The notes under the pieces were generated by a model, which did not search any database, was not told the origin of the DNA, and worked only from the letters and a program-made list of their open reading frames with translations. This document shows positions 1 to 8,169 of a stretch of 64,000 bases of DNA, in pieces. Source of the stretch: a virus. Position numbers and translations under genes: made by a program. Where the stretch lies: positions 1-64,000 of IMG/VR virus record IMGVR_UViG_3300027811_000003; one strand, written 5' to 3'. Every line of letters begins with the position of its first letter. The stretch's first letter is position 1.

Positions 1-92
1 GCTTGGGGCTGGGGCTGGGGCTGGGGCTTGGGCTGGGACTAGGGCTTGGGCTGGGGCTTGGGCTTGGGCTGGGACTAGGGCTTGGGCTTGGG
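1..92 (+). repeat. Degenerate hexamer tandem repeat (GCTTGG/GCTGGG/ACTAGG)n, G-quadruplex-capable
   Basis: Runs of GGG(G) separated by 2-4 nt, directly visible. Confidence 0.85.
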
Positions 93-103
93 CAAGAGCA
101 TGA
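2..103 (+). CDS. MILF/WA-repeat family microprotein, 5'-truncated by window edge (...GAGAGAWAGTRAWAGAWAWAGTRAWAWARA*)
   Basis: Frame 2 open; TGA 101-103 overlaps the ATG of the next family member. Confidence 0.65.
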   Translation, partial: LGAGAGAGAWAGTRAWAGAWAWAGTRAWAWARA

Positions 104-258
104 TATTGTTCAACATTCCAAGGGCCAGAATTCGAATTTGGGGCCGAGCTGTGACTTGGTCTTGGGCCCGGTCTTGGGCGAGGGTATCGACATGGGGCTT
201 TACTTGGGCAAGAACGATGTCAAGGACGACCTCAAGCTTCGGTGAAATTGGGTGGTGA
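100..258 (+). CDS. MILF-family microprotein (MILFNIPRARIRIWGRAVTWSWARSWAR..., 52 aa)
   Basis: Manual translation; ATGA overlap; W/A/R-rich. Confidence 0.65.
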   Translation: MILFNIPRARIRIWGRAVTWSWARSWARVSTWGFTWARTMSRTTSSFGEIGW

Positions 259-693
259 GGGGTCGCCGAGGCCTCAAAAGTGGCCAAAAAGGGCACCCGA
301 GGGAGAAAAAATCACGGGTCGCAGCATATTGTAACGATTAAGGAAAAGGGCATTTCAAGGGTCATTTCAAGGGCTCGATAGGAGGCCTGGAAATCCTCCA
401 CGCACCTGTCCCCATCACGAGATTTCATATCCCGCGCGCGAGAGCGTTCTTTTCAGCAGACCCTTGGTGCGAGATCTAGAATCAAGTGTGTGTGTGTATG
501 CGATAGCGACGCGTTTGCTGATGCACGCTTTGACGACCTGGGGAGATGTGTGTGTTCACGCTTGCCTTTTGTGGACGTGTGTCCGTTAAGCTCTCAGCCA
601 TAGTCACTTGTGTTTATAGCTTTGACAGACGAGTTTAGTCCTTTTCTTTTCTTGCTTACGAGGACGTTGGAGTCGATCGTCGATAACTAAAAG

Positions 694-722
694 TTTACAT
701 CGAAGATGAATGAGTGTATAAT
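694..722 (+). promoter_or_regulatory. Sigma70-like promoter TTTACA-17-TATAAT
   Basis: Spacer similar to promoters at 3564 and 5405; GGAGG RBS before 752. Confidence 0.75.
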
Positions 723-751
723 CATCTCACAATGGAGTTTGGAGGAATGAA

Positions 752-967
752 ATGAACAGAGTGATCAAGATTCGAGATTACCACGGAACTGCCGCTGCCG
801 AGATGAAGAAGATCGGGTACGAGCATGACCAAGTGCTTGACTGTTCTCTGTTGTATGACGTCATCGATCGATGTGTTGAGGCTGGGTTCAACGTCGTCTT
901 GTGGACCCGGGATCCGTGCGCGATCACTGTCGGCTTGACGACGCGCAACAGCTTCTCGAGTCGATGA
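752..967 (+). CDS. Hypothetical protein
   Basis: Promoter and RBS upstream; stop overlaps MILF start at 964. Confidence 0.7.
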   Translation: MNRVIKIRDYHGTAAAEMKKIGYEHDQVLDCSLLYDVIDRCVEAGFNVVLWTRDPCAITVGLTTRNSFSSR

Positions 968-1188
968 TCATGTTCAACTGTCAAAAGAATAGGGCTGGGG
1001 CTGGGACTTGGGCTTATTCTCAGGCTCGGGCTCGGCCTGCAGCTTGTGCTAGGGCTTGGGCTTGTGCTTGGGCTGGGACTTGGGCTTGGATCACTGCTCG
1101 CGCCTGGTCTGACGCAATCTGGACTTGGTCTTCGGCTAGGGCTTGGGCTTGGGCTAGGACTAGAACATACGTTAGGACAAGACGATGA
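964..1188 (+). CDS. MILF-family microprotein (MIMFNCQKNRAGAGTWAY...AWAWARTRTYVRTRR, 74 aa)
   Basis: ATG 964 inside track ORF 901..1188; ATGA overlaps at both ends. Confidence 0.7.
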   Translation: MIMFNCQKNRAGAGTWAYSQARARPAACARAWACAWAGTWAWITARAWSDAIWTWSSARAWAWARTRTYVRTRR

Positions 1189-1337
1189 TCCTTTTCAATC
1201 ACATGAGTGTTAACGCTTATCCTTGGGCAGGCACTAAAGCTTCTTCATTCACTTCAGCCAACGCTGCTGCTAGGTCTTGGGTTTGGTCTTGGTTCAGGGT
1301 TTGGTCTTTTGCTTGGGCAAGAGCAAGACAGCGATGA
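1185..1337 (+). CDS. MILF-family microprotein (MILFNHMSVNAYPWAG...WSFAWARARQR, 50 aa)
   Basis: Manual translation; ATGA overlaps. Confidence 0.7.
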   Translation: MILFNHMSVNAYPWAGTKASSFTSANAAARSWVWSWFRVWSFAWARARQR

Positions 1338-1468
1338 TCATGTTCGATTGCCAGAAGAACAGGACTACGGTTAGAATTTGGACTGGGGCGGGTCCTCGAG
1401 CTTGGTCTCGTGGAAGTACTAGATCCTGGGCTCGTGCTTGGGCTTGGGTTATGACGTGGACAAGATGA
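1334..1468 (+). CDS. MILF-family microprotein (MIMFDCQKNRTTVRIW...AWAWVMTWTR, 44 aa)
   Basis: Manual translation; ATGA overlaps. Confidence 0.7.
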   Translation: MIMFDCQKNRTTVRIWTGAGPRAWSRGSTRSWARAWAWVMTWTR

Positions 1469-1553
1469 TAACAATTCTTTTCTCTTCCCCGATTATTAGA
1501 ATCAGAGCTTTGTTCAAAAGCAAGTGTCAAGATGACAAGAAAGGTTAGCTTAC

Positions 1554-1772
1554 ATGACGAATGCTAAGACTAAGAAGTGTAACATCTGTAAACGTGAGAA
1601 GAATTTGAACGACTTTGCAGTTTGCAACGCGTTCAAAGATGGTCACAGACACGTGTGCAGACTTTGTGTGTGGATGAAGAAGAAAGGAACTCTCACAAAC
1701 TTCGTTGCAACGAGTTCTAGAGTCGGCCAACTGTATGCTCAGATGAAGGTCAACGAGACGAAGGACTGGTGA
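1554..1772 (+). CDS. Small Zn-finger protein (CxxC...CxxC) like N-terminal domains of phage HNH/Endo VII proteins
   Basis: KKCNICKREK...DGHRHVCRLC. Confidence 0.55.
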   Translation: MTNAKTKKCNICKREKNLNDFAVCNAFKDGHRHVCRLCVWMKKKGTLTNFVATSSRVGQLYAQMKVNETKDW

Positions 1773-1773
1773 G

Positions 1774-1801
1774 TTGACAATCAGACATTCTGTGTTATGA
1801 T
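1774..1801 (+). promoter_or_regulatory. Sigma70-like promoter TTGACA-16-TATGAT
   Basis: Consensus -35 upstream of 1826. Confidence 0.55.
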
Positions 1802-1825
1802 GTCTCTGCAAACAAAGTAGACTCC

Positions 1826-2308
1826 ATGAAACAATTGCTTTTCGCAGCATTACTCGCGTCTACTGGGTGTGGCCGTGTCATTCCAGCCCAGACATGGGAA
1901 ATCGTTGGATGTTCAGACTCAGACGTTGCCAGTATACACCGCTCAGCATATTCCTGGAACGAGGCAATCGCGTCAAGAGGTTTGAGCACGACAGCTACTT
2001 TGACATTCGGTGAATCATACCAGAAAGTTGTGTGCGTGTACTCAGACTCAGAACAAGTGGCCAAACAAATGGCAGCGCGTAACTTCGCTGGATGGACTGT
2101 CAATCAATATGTCTATGCTCTGCGAACTCCGACACATCCAATCTCAAATCATCAATTTCAAGCTATTGTTGTGCACGAATTCGGTCACGTGATCGGACTC
2201 GACCATTCGACAGACACCAAAGCAGTAATGTGGCCGAACAACGATTCTTCGAGTCCGATCGAACCAACGTCTACTGATGTCGATGCTTTGGAATCGATCG
2301 TTAACTAA
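1826..2308 (+). CDS. Matrixin-like (metzincin) metalloprotease, probable lipoprotein
   Basis: HEFGHVIGLDH plus Met-turn (AVMWP); signal peptide ending STGC. Confidence 0.85.
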   Translation: MKQLLFAALLASTGCGRVIPAQTWEIVGCSDSDVASIHRSAYSWNEAIASRGLSTTATLTFGESYQKVVCVYSDSEQVAKQMAARNFAGWTVNQYVYALRTPTHPISNHQFQAIVVHEFGHVIGLDHSTDTKAVMWPNNDSSSPIEPTSTDVDALESIVN

Positions 2309-2459
2309 AACACACTACGTTTTTGCTTTTGCTTGGGTTTGGGCGATCCCTAGAAGCTGCGGAGGAGGTTTCGCTAGGACTCGTAGCTCTCACTCGCATG
2401 TTCGATGCAGAGCTTGGGCGAAGAATTGGTTTTATGAAGGGGCTTATTCTCGGGAGTGA
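2277..2459 (+). pseudogene. Headless WA-type ORF (FAFAWVWAIPR...RAWAKNW) lacking the MILF start
   Basis: Family-like composition; lies just before array 2468-2829. Confidence 0.3.
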
Positions 2460-2467
2460 GCAAGACG

Positions 2468-2635
2468 ATGATCCTTTTCAACACGCCAAAGACTTTGAAT
2501 TCTGCTCGGGCTTCTGCTCGTGCTTGGACTGGAGTCGGGTCTTGGATTTGGATTAGAGCTAGAACTTGGATTGGAACAGGATCTTGGGCTTGGGCTTGTG
2601 CAAGGACCAGAGTCCGATTTGAGGAAGAACGATGA
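2468..2635 (+). CDS. MILF-family microprotein (MILFNTPKTLNSARASARAW...SWAWACARTR, 55 aa)
   Basis: Manual translation. Confidence 0.7.
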   Translation: MILFNTPKTLNSARASARAWTGVGSWIWIRARTWIGTGSWAWACARTRVRFEEER

Positions 2636-2829
2636 TCATGTTTGACGCATCGAAGTCTTGGGTGAAAACAAAAGCAAATGTTTGGGCCATGACTCGTGTA
2701 GGAGCCCCGACATGGACTTACGCGTCTACTTGGAGTCACGCGAAGACTTATGCTGAAGCTAGAGACGTTGTCGTGATCGTGCGTAAATCTTCAGCTAAGT
2801 TTTGGGCTAGAGCGAGGACGTGGATCTGA
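2632..2829 (+). CDS. MILF-family microprotein (MIMFDASKSW...FWARARTWI, 65 aa)
   Basis: Track ORF; ATGA overlap. Confidence 0.7.
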   Translation: MIMFDASKSWVKTKANVWAMTRVGAPTWTYASTWSHAKTYAEARDVVVIVRKSSAKFWARARTWI

Positions 2830-3077
2830 TTGCTATCATGTTCGATATAACGACGAATGTCGCGTGAACGTCTTGGGTGTGCCGTCACATTGAATTCATG
2901 GGGTGGTATGTTTCCTTGGTCCAATCATTTCAGTTCATCTCAGACCCAACGGAGGCCCTTCCGTCCATGGATCCACCATGGATCAATGGTGAACATTCAC
3001 TTTCACCTTCAGATTTGTCGTTTTATAATCTATCCATGAACGCGAAAGATAGAATTCTTTTCAACGCCTGCAACGTC

Positions 3078-3170
3078 ATAATCATGTTCAACCGACCGAA
3101 TGTTAATTTTGCTTGGGCTCAGGCTCAGGCTTGGGCTAGGGCTGGGGCTTGGGCTTGGGCAAGACGATGA
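3078..3170 (+). CDS. MILF-family unit with first ATG changed to ATA (IIMFNRPNVNFAWAQAQAWARAGAWAWARR)
   Basis: C-terminal part of track ORF 2877..3170; alternative ATG at 3084. Confidence 0.5.
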   Translation: MIMFNRPNVNFAWAQAQAWARAGAWAWARR

Positions 3171-3295
3171 TCATGTTCAGCTGTCAAAAGAATAGGGCTT
3201 GGGCTTGGGCTGGGGCTTGGGCTCGTGCTGGGGCTTGGGCTGGGGCTAGGGCTGGGACTTGGGCTAGGGCTAGGGCTTGGGCTAGCGTAATATAA
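3167..3295 (+). CDS. MILF-family microprotein, near-pure repeat form (MIMFSCQKNRAWAWAGAWARAGAWAGARAGTWARARAWASVI)
   Basis: Manual translation; (GCT NGG)n body. Confidence 0.7.
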   Translation: MIMFSCQKNRAWAWAGAWARAGAWAGARAGTWARARAWASVI

Positions 3296-3316
3296 ACACG
3301 TTCAGATGGTGCTGAG

Positions 3317-3535
3317 GTGTGTTTTATGCCGAGATATTATCTGACTAGATTGACTTCTGCCGCGAAAGACGGTGAAACGATGACGCGTCATTGCTGTTCT
3401 GCGTCAGATTCGTGTTCTGACGCCGTCGCTGTCGGATGGGCGAAACAAATCTTGCTTAACGATCCTTCTGCGAAGAACCCCGTCTTGTCGAAAGTCGTCG
3501 ACGAAGCAAAGTCAGTAGAGATAAAGCTTGACTAA
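3317..3535 (+). CDS. Hypothetical protein
   Basis: ORF with GAGG upstream. Confidence 0.5.
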   Translation: MCFMPRYYLTRLTSAAKDGETMTRHCCSASDSCSDAVAVGWAKQILLNDPSAKNPVLSKVVDEAKSVEIKLD

Positions 3536-3563
3536 ACACTTGAAACTTATTTCACTCACACAG

Positions 3564-3592
3564 TTTACTTCGAAGTTGAAATAGGTTATAAT
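3564..3592 (+). promoter_or_regulatory. Sigma70-like promoter TTTACT-17-TATAAT
   Basis: Same architecture as 694 and 5405. Confidence 0.75.
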
Positions 3593-3669
3593 CCTCTCAT
3601 AATCAAAAAGGGGAATGGTTCCTCCAAGTTGTAGAAGTCAAACGGCAGTCAAGAAAGCAGAGCAATTAC

Positions 3670-4296
3670 ATGAGCAACAACAACAGCAATTCCGATCGCG
3701 TCTTCTTCACCATCACCGACGAGAACGTCGCCGAGCCTTCGCCCGAGTTCAACCAACCCGCGACGGTGGAGGTTCCCAAGACCGTCGTCGTCAAGCAGGA
3801 GTGGATGACTCGCGAAGACGTCCTTGGGCTCATCTCGAGCAAGGGTCTTCAGATCCTCCAGCAGTCCGGCTACTTCAAGGTCGAGGCGAGCAAGGGCAAT
3901 CGTGTCTACGTCCCTGTCACCAAGACGGTTCGCAAGGTGTTCCTCAGCGGATTCGAGGTCTCGATGTCTCTCGCCGAGATGCCGAAGAACGGAGCGTTCG
4001 GGTCTGTCAAGCAGCAGATGAAGGTCGAGGGAACGAAGGTCCAGCAGCTCGAGCGTCTCGGACAGATCCTCGACATCCTCATCGCGCAGGATCCCAAGAC
4101 CGTGAAGCCCTCGATGAAGGCGAAGAAGGTCGAGAACGTCGAGAAGACCGATGTCACGACGACGGTCAAGGTCGACGACAACGCCGAGAAGGCGGCGGTT
4201 CGGGCAGCTCGCCTCGAGCTCATCAAGAAGGTCGCCGCCGAGAAGGGCGTCGGGATCTCCACGAAGACCATCAACGAGCTCGAGAACGTCGGGTAA
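3670..4296 (+). CDS. Hypothetical protein with strongly G/C-ending codons (probably highly expressed)
   Basis: 208 aa; codons nearly all GTC/AAG/GAG/CTC type; own promoter. Confidence 0.8.
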   Translation: MSNNNSNSDRVFFTITDENVAEPSPEFNQPATVEVPKTVVVKQEWMTREDVLGLISSKGLQILQQSGYFKVEASKGNRVYVPVTKTVRKVFLSGFEVSMSLAEMPKNGAFGSVKQQMKVEGTKVQQLERLGQILDILIAQDPKTVKPSMKAKKVENVEKTDVTTTVKVDDNAEKAAVRAARLELIKKVAAEKGVGISTKTINELENVG

Positions 4297-4308
4297 GACG
4301 AGCAGGTC

Positions 4309-4353
4309 GGGATCGAACGGAATGCACGAGGGTTCGAGTCCCTCACGATCTCA
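4309..4353 (+). ncRNA. tRNA-like minihelix (acceptor stem plus T-arm, no D or anticodon arm)
   Basis: GGGATCG...GAGGG-TTCGAGT-CCCTC-A-CGATCTC-A. Confidence 0.45.
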
Positions 4354-4373
4354 TAACGACGAAGAGGAGTGAC

Positions 4374-4580
4374 ATGATGAAGACAACCGACGAAATCAAG
4401 AGGGACAACAAAGAGCTCAAGGACGCGATTCGACAGCTGCTTTGCACGTTCAACGCTCCGATCGTGATGATGCGATTCAAGTCTCCTCACTTCAAGGAAA
4501 GCATCGACTTTTCGACAGAGATTCTCAATCGAATCTGCGAAGAAGACGGCGAAGTCGGAGACATTTACTCTTCACGTTGA
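4374..4580 (+). CDS. Hypothetical protein (MMKTTDEIK...)
   Basis: GAGGAG RBS before ATG; 3' part of track ORF 3615..4580. Confidence 0.65.
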   Translation: MMKTTDEIKRDNKELKDAIRQLLCTFNAPIVMMRFKSPHFKESIDFSTEILNRICEEDGEVGDIYSSR

Positions 4581-4590
4581 AAGGAAACAA

Positions 4591-5055
4591 ATGCGAGTCA
4601 TCATCCTTCGAGGAATTTCAGGCAGCGGCAAGTCGACGTTCGCCAGGAGCATCGTCTCAAACGAAAATTCAGCCGCCGTGTTCAGCTCTGACGAGTTCTT
4701 CGAGGGCGACGACGGCGTCTACAAGTTCGATCCAACGAAGCTTCAAAACGCTCACGACTGGTGTCTGCGAAGCTTCGTTCAAGCATGCATCGATCGCATT
4801 TACGACGTGCTCGTCGTCGACAACACGAACACGACAGCGATCGAGATCGCTCCTTACTTCGCGATCGCCAAGGCTTTCGGTTGCGTCGTGGAGATCGTCA
4901 CATTGAAGTGCTCGATCGACGCCGCGCACCAGCGAAACAAGCACAACGTTCCTTGGAAAACAGTCGGCAAGCAGTTCGAGCGTCTCACGTCAGAAGAGCG
5001 AAAGTTTCCCGCTTGGTGGAAGTCTTGCTCGAATTCAGTGAACACGACTACGTGA
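4591..5055 (+). CDS. P-loop kinase (AAA_33 / polynucleotide-kinase-like)
   Basis: LRGISGSGKST Walker A; VVDNTN; RNKHNVP. Confidence 0.85.
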   Translation: MRVIILRGISGSGKSTFARSIVSNENSAAVFSSDEFFEGDDGVYKFDPTKLQNAHDWCLRSFVQACIDRIYDVLVVDNTNTTAIEIAPYFAIAKAFGCVVEIVTLKCSIDAAHQRNKHNVPWKTVGKQFERLTSEERKFPAWWKSCSNSVNTTT

Positions 5056-5233
5056 AGGATCGATCATGACTCTAGTAGAAGCTCTCGCAGAAATCAGCAC
5101 ACCGTTTGAAATCATCCACTGGATCGGGACTCGGACTATTGTTCAAGCCATTCGTGAATGCCCAAAGGCTGAGTGGCGTCGTTGGATCAAGAACGCTGAC
5201 ATCAAGAAGCACTGCATGTCTGTCGACTGATTC

Positions 5234-5392
5234 ATGATTCTTTTCAAATGCACCAGCAGCAGGTACTGTTCTCGCTCTAGAGCATGGGCTGTTGCTGGAA
5301 ATTTTGTCTGTTCTTATTGCATGCCAGGAGGTTTAGTCCAAGCTTGGGCCGAAGCAAGATGCGAATGCAGCGTCGACATGCGTTTCAACTGA
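5234..5392 (+). CDS. MILF-family microprotein, Cys-rich (MILFKCTSSRYCSRSRAWAV...AWAEARCEC, 52 aa)
   Basis: Manual translation. Confidence 0.6.
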   Translation: MILFKCTSSRYCSRSRAWAVAGNFVCSYCMPGGLVQAWAEARCECSVDMRFN

Positions 5393-5404
5393 TTGATTTC
5401 GCAG

Positions 5405-5433
5405 TTTACTTCCAAGATGAAATGGTGTATAAT
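5405..5433 (+). promoter_or_regulatory. Sigma70-like promoter TTTACT-17-TATAAT
   Basis: Conserved with 694 and 3564. Confidence 0.75.
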
Positions 5434-5459
5434 CATTTCATAATCGAGGAAGGAACGAA

Positions 5460-6050
5460 ATGAGAAAGCAAGTTCTTGCAACGGCTTTGGCTTTGACGGG
5501 TTGCTTCGACAGTTCAGGCTACACGACGTGTGCAGACCCTGTCTTCGGTCAAGTGTTCGTCGAAGACCCATCGACTTCATGCTTGAATGTGAACGTATCG
5601 ACGAAGCTGGTTCGTGATCTGATGATAGATTCTGGAATGTGGACGTCGTTCGACGCTGACGCGAAGGGAATCGAGCTCAAAGTGTGGAGCGACGTCGGAA
5701 GCGCGAAAGATCCAAACAACCTCGGCATGACTCACACTCTCTTTCCGACGAATTACACGTGGGTCGAGGAGGGCGTTGACATGATCTCTACTGTCCACGA
5801 GATGTTCCACGTGCAAGACGCGTTTCAGCTTTACTACCCGAACGTCGAGCACTGTCACGACAAGTGGGACGTCAATGGACGATTCGCGTTGTCACAGTTG
5901 TACGTCTTCACTCTCACGGGCCACGTCAGGTGTAACATCGAGTCGCCGACTACGACAAAAATGCCAAAGTTGATCGAGGAATCGCTTCGAACACACGATT
6001 GGGGACAAGTGATCGATGGATGGCGTGTTGACATGAAGACGTGTCAATGA
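5460..6050 (+). CDS. Lipoprotein with HExxH zinc-peptidase motif; paralogue of 14368..14892
   Basis: LALTGC lipobox; HEMFH...HDKWD. Confidence 0.7.
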   Translation: MRKQVLATALALTGCFDSSGYTTCADPVFGQVFVEDPSTSCLNVNVSTKLVRDLMIDSGMWTSFDADAKGIELKVWSDVGSAKDPNNLGMTHTLFPTNYTWVEEGVDMISTVHEMFHVQDAFQLYYPNVEHCHDKWDVNGRFALSQLYVFTLTGHVRCNIESPTTTKMPKLIEESLRTHDWGQVIDGWRVDMKTCQ

Positions 6051-6105
6051 AAAATTCATTTTCCGTTTAATCGATGTACAATCTTTTCATCAACAAAGGA
6101 ACAAA

Positions 6106-6303
6106 ATGAAACACGTCCACAAAGCGAAGAAAGAGTTGTCGTTTTCATTGATCGAAGTCTGTGACTGCGGACAATTTCGATACGACGTGGATGGCAGCTT
6201 CGAGCTCAGCAAATGGCAGCTTGATTACGGCAGGAATTACAATGACAAGCGACGGTGTCCTTTCAAGATGTGGTTGAAACAACGCAACGACTGGAGAAGC
6301 TGA
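6106..6303 (+). CDS. Hypothetical protein
   Basis: AAGGA RBS. Confidence 0.6.
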   Translation: MKHVHKAKKELSFSLIEVCDCGQFRYDVDGSFELSKWQLDYGRNYNDKRRCPFKMWLKQRNDWRS

Positions 6304-6304
6304 A

Positions 6305-6541
6305 ATGATTCGAGAGCAAAAGTTGTACGGTGGCAAGGTGATGACGTTCGTGAAGACCGCTGGAGACTCGATCCGTAGAGTGGAGGCGATCTGTCTCGAT
6401 GAATCCGCTGGGACGCACGAGTTCATGATCAAGGACTGGGACAAGTTGATGCCAGTTCACCCGTCATCTGTAATTAGGAAGCCCGTTTCTTTCAGCAATG
6501 ACTTTGACGAATACGACATGCACGACGATTTTTACGACTGA
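6305..6541 (+). CDS. Hypothetical protein
   Basis: GGAG RBS; last + strand gene before terminator. Confidence 0.6.
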   Translation: MIREQKLYGGKVMTFVKTAGDSIRRVEAICLDESAGTHEFMIKDWDKLMPVHPSSVIRKPVSFSNDFDEYDMHDDFYD

Positions 6542-6567
6542 CATCGGCATAAAACGAAAGCAAATCG

Positions 6568-6600
6568 CCTCCCTCTGAACTTCGGTTTGGAGGGAGGTTT
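6568..6600. terminator. Intrinsic terminator hairpin at convergence of + and - blocks
   Basis: CCTCCCTCTGAAC-TTCG-GTTTGGAGGGAGG then TTT. Confidence 0.8.
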
Positions 6601-6613
6601 CGTCGTTTCGCTT

Positions 6614-6787
6614 TCACCCCCAGCACGTCGCGCAAGCCCAAGCGACTGCTCTCGGCCAGGTCATGTCTTTCGCGACTAGCACGTGAGCTTTAGCGACACG
6701 ACCGTAGCTGCAGTTGTACGCGATTGCGTAGAAGCTGTCGCCGTCGTCGAATTGATTTGGAAGCTTTGCGACGTTGAACAAGATCAT
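6614..6787 (-). CDS. MILF-family microprotein (MILFNVAKLP...WPRAVAWACATCWG)
   Basis: Internal ATG of track ORF 6614..6913; ATGA overlap with upstream ORF 6784..6951. Confidence 0.65.
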   Translation of the reverse strand: MILFNVAKLPNQFDDGDSFYAIAYNCSYGRVAKAHVLVAKDMTWPRAVAWACATCWG

Positions 6788-7000
6788 TTCTTTTCTTTCG
6801 GACAGCAAAGCCAATCGTGAAACCAATTTCCGTTTCTCTTGACGCCGTAACACTGGTCTTCTAGATCTTTGCCGTGAAGCAACCACCGTTCGTGACGAGA
6901 GTGCCAGAGCCAACGGATGACACGGAAAATTTTGGCCATATAATCTAACATCCTGGTTCCTTTCGTTTCACCACGACCCTGCTGCGACTCTTAGATGCAA

Positions 7001-7174
7001 TCAATCTATGATGTATACGCTAGCATGAGGTGCAAACCACACACGCGAATGCGTCCACTCGCACACACGACAACCCATCACCAACTTGTACAGATCGAGA
7101 GGATGCACTAACATTTCAGAACGCGTTCCACATCGAGTCCTCGTCCAAGAAGCTTTCGTGTTGAACAGGATCAT
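7001..7174 (-). CDS. MILF-family microprotein (MILFNTKASWTRTR...)
   Basis: Last of a 7-member ATGA-chained array 7001-8095. Confidence 0.65.
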   Translation of the reverse strand: MILFNTKASWTRTRCGTRSEMLVHPLDLYKLVMGCRVCEWTHSRVWFAPHASVYIID

Positions 7175-7332
7175 TTTGCCCTCGTCCACGTTCGAGCCTT
7201 AGCGTTAGTCCAAACGCCAATCTGTGCCCAAGCGCAAGCGTGAGCGTTAGCCCAAACCCAAGCCAAAGACCCAGCCCAAGCGATTGCAGTGCTCGTCCCG
7301 ACTCTACTAAACGTGCAAACGAACATGGTCAT
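7171..7332 (-). CDS. MILF-family microprotein (MTMFVCTFSR...AWVWANAHACAWAQ...WTRAK)
   Basis: Manual translation; ATGA overlaps. Confidence 0.7.
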   Translation of the reverse strand: MTMFVCTFSRVGTSTAIAWAGSLAWVWANAHACAWAQIGVWTNAKARTWTRAK

Positions 7333-7484
7333 TTTGACCGAGCCCCAGTTCTAGATCCAGTTTTGCTTTTCGCCCAAGCCCAAGCCACAATCTGAGATCC
7401 AAAACTCTTGTAGTAAGACGCAGTCCAAGATCTCACCAAAGGCCAAGCCCATATTCTATTCTTTTGACAGGTGAAGAGGATCAT
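7329..7484 (-). CDS. MILF-family microprotein (MILFTCQKNRIWAW...AWAWAKSK...)
   Basis: CQKNR head subtype; ATGA overlaps. Confidence 0.7.
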   Translation of the reverse strand: MILFTCQKNRIWAWPLVRSWTASYYKSFGSQIVAWAWAKSKTGSRTGARSK

Positions 7485-7627
7485 ATTCTTGCCTTCGTCC
7501 AAGCAAAAGCAAAAGACCAAGTCATCTCACGAGCCCGAAGGCCAGTTCTAACTTCGTTGTGAGCTACAGCACAAGCCGTAACTCGAGCATGTGCAATTCT
7601 TGGGCGTTGACATTTGAAAAGGATCAT
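7481..7627 (-). CDS. MILF-family microprotein (MILFKCQRPR...WSFAFAWTKARI)
   Basis: Manual translation; 147 nt. Confidence 0.7.
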   Translation of the reverse strand: MILFKCQRPRIAHARVTACAVAHNEVRTGLRAREMTWSFAFAWTKARI

Positions 7628-7770
7628 CGTCTCGCCTTAGCCCAATCCCATTCTTTGGCTTCAGCCACAGTCCTAGCCCAAGCGTAATCGTAAACACGAA
7701 TGCGAGCCCAAGCACGAACAACATTTCGTTTGAGGTTCAAAGACTTCGACGGACATTTGAACAGGATCAT
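7624..7770 (-). CDS. MILF-family microprotein (MILFKCPSK...RAWAR...WDWAKARR)
   Basis: 147 nt; ATGA overlaps. Confidence 0.7.
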   Translation of the reverse strand: MILFKCPSKSLNLKRNVVRAWARIRVYDYAWARTVAEAKEWDWAKARR

Positions 7771-7913
7771 TTTTCTCTGTACCAAGCACGAGATTTGCGC
7801 CAAGCACAATTCCAGGCCATAGTCCTAGCCAAGGCTCCCGTTAAATGTCTGACTTGAGTCAGAGTCCTAGCTCGAAAATAAATTCTAAAATTTGAACATT
7901 TGAACAGTATCAT
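7767..7913 (-). CDS. MILF-family microprotein (MILFKCSNFR...AWNCAWRKSRAWYREK)
   Basis: Manual translation; 147 nt. Confidence 0.7.
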   Translation of the reverse strand: MILFKCSNFRIYFRARTLTQVRHLTGALARTMAWNCAWRKSRAWYREK

Positions 7914-8095
7914 TTTGACAGAATTGCCTGAAAACTTCTGGCACGAGAACGAGCATCAGTCACAGCCCAAGACCTAGCGCAAGACCATCCTCCCGACATG
8001 TCAAGCGGCTCGATCGGCCAAGTCAACGGAGCGCTCGGCCAAGTCAAAACACGTACGTTTGACGGCGTTCTGCTCAGACGAACGAAGAGAATCAC
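7910..8095 (-). CDS. MILF-family microprotein (GTG start; MILFVRLSR...ARSWAV...)
   Basis: Track ORF. Confidence 0.65.
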   Translation of the reverse strand: MILFVRLSRTPSNVRVLTWPSAPLTWPIEPLDMSGGWSCARSWAVTDARSRARSFQAILSK

Positions 8096-8169
8096 TGAAA
8101 ATTCCTAACCATGGTGACCATCATCCTTGTGATTTTCGTTCACCACACACCCAACGGGGAGACTGAGAT
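8091..8169. repeat. 79-bp diverged direct repeat, copy 1 (copy 2 at 9109-9187)
   Basis: ATCACTGAAAATTCCTA.CCATGGT.ACCATCATCCT...GACTGAGAT in both. Confidence 0.8.

Noticed and set aside
3-245. Poly-(Gly-Leu) ORF in the track
   Set aside because: Off-frame reading of the hexamer repeat; frame 2 gives the WA-type peptide whose stop overlaps the next MILF start.
3615-4580. 321-aa ORF and other long overlapping ORFs (9293..10054, 21346..22077, 49726..50601)
   Set aside because: Alternative-frame or antisense shadows of codon-biased real genes.
7001-8095. CRISPR array or integron attC cassettes (regular ~150-nt period)
   Set aside because: The constant part is only ~12-18 degenerate nt, intervals are far longer than spacers and are open frames; no attC palindromes, cas genes or integrase seen.
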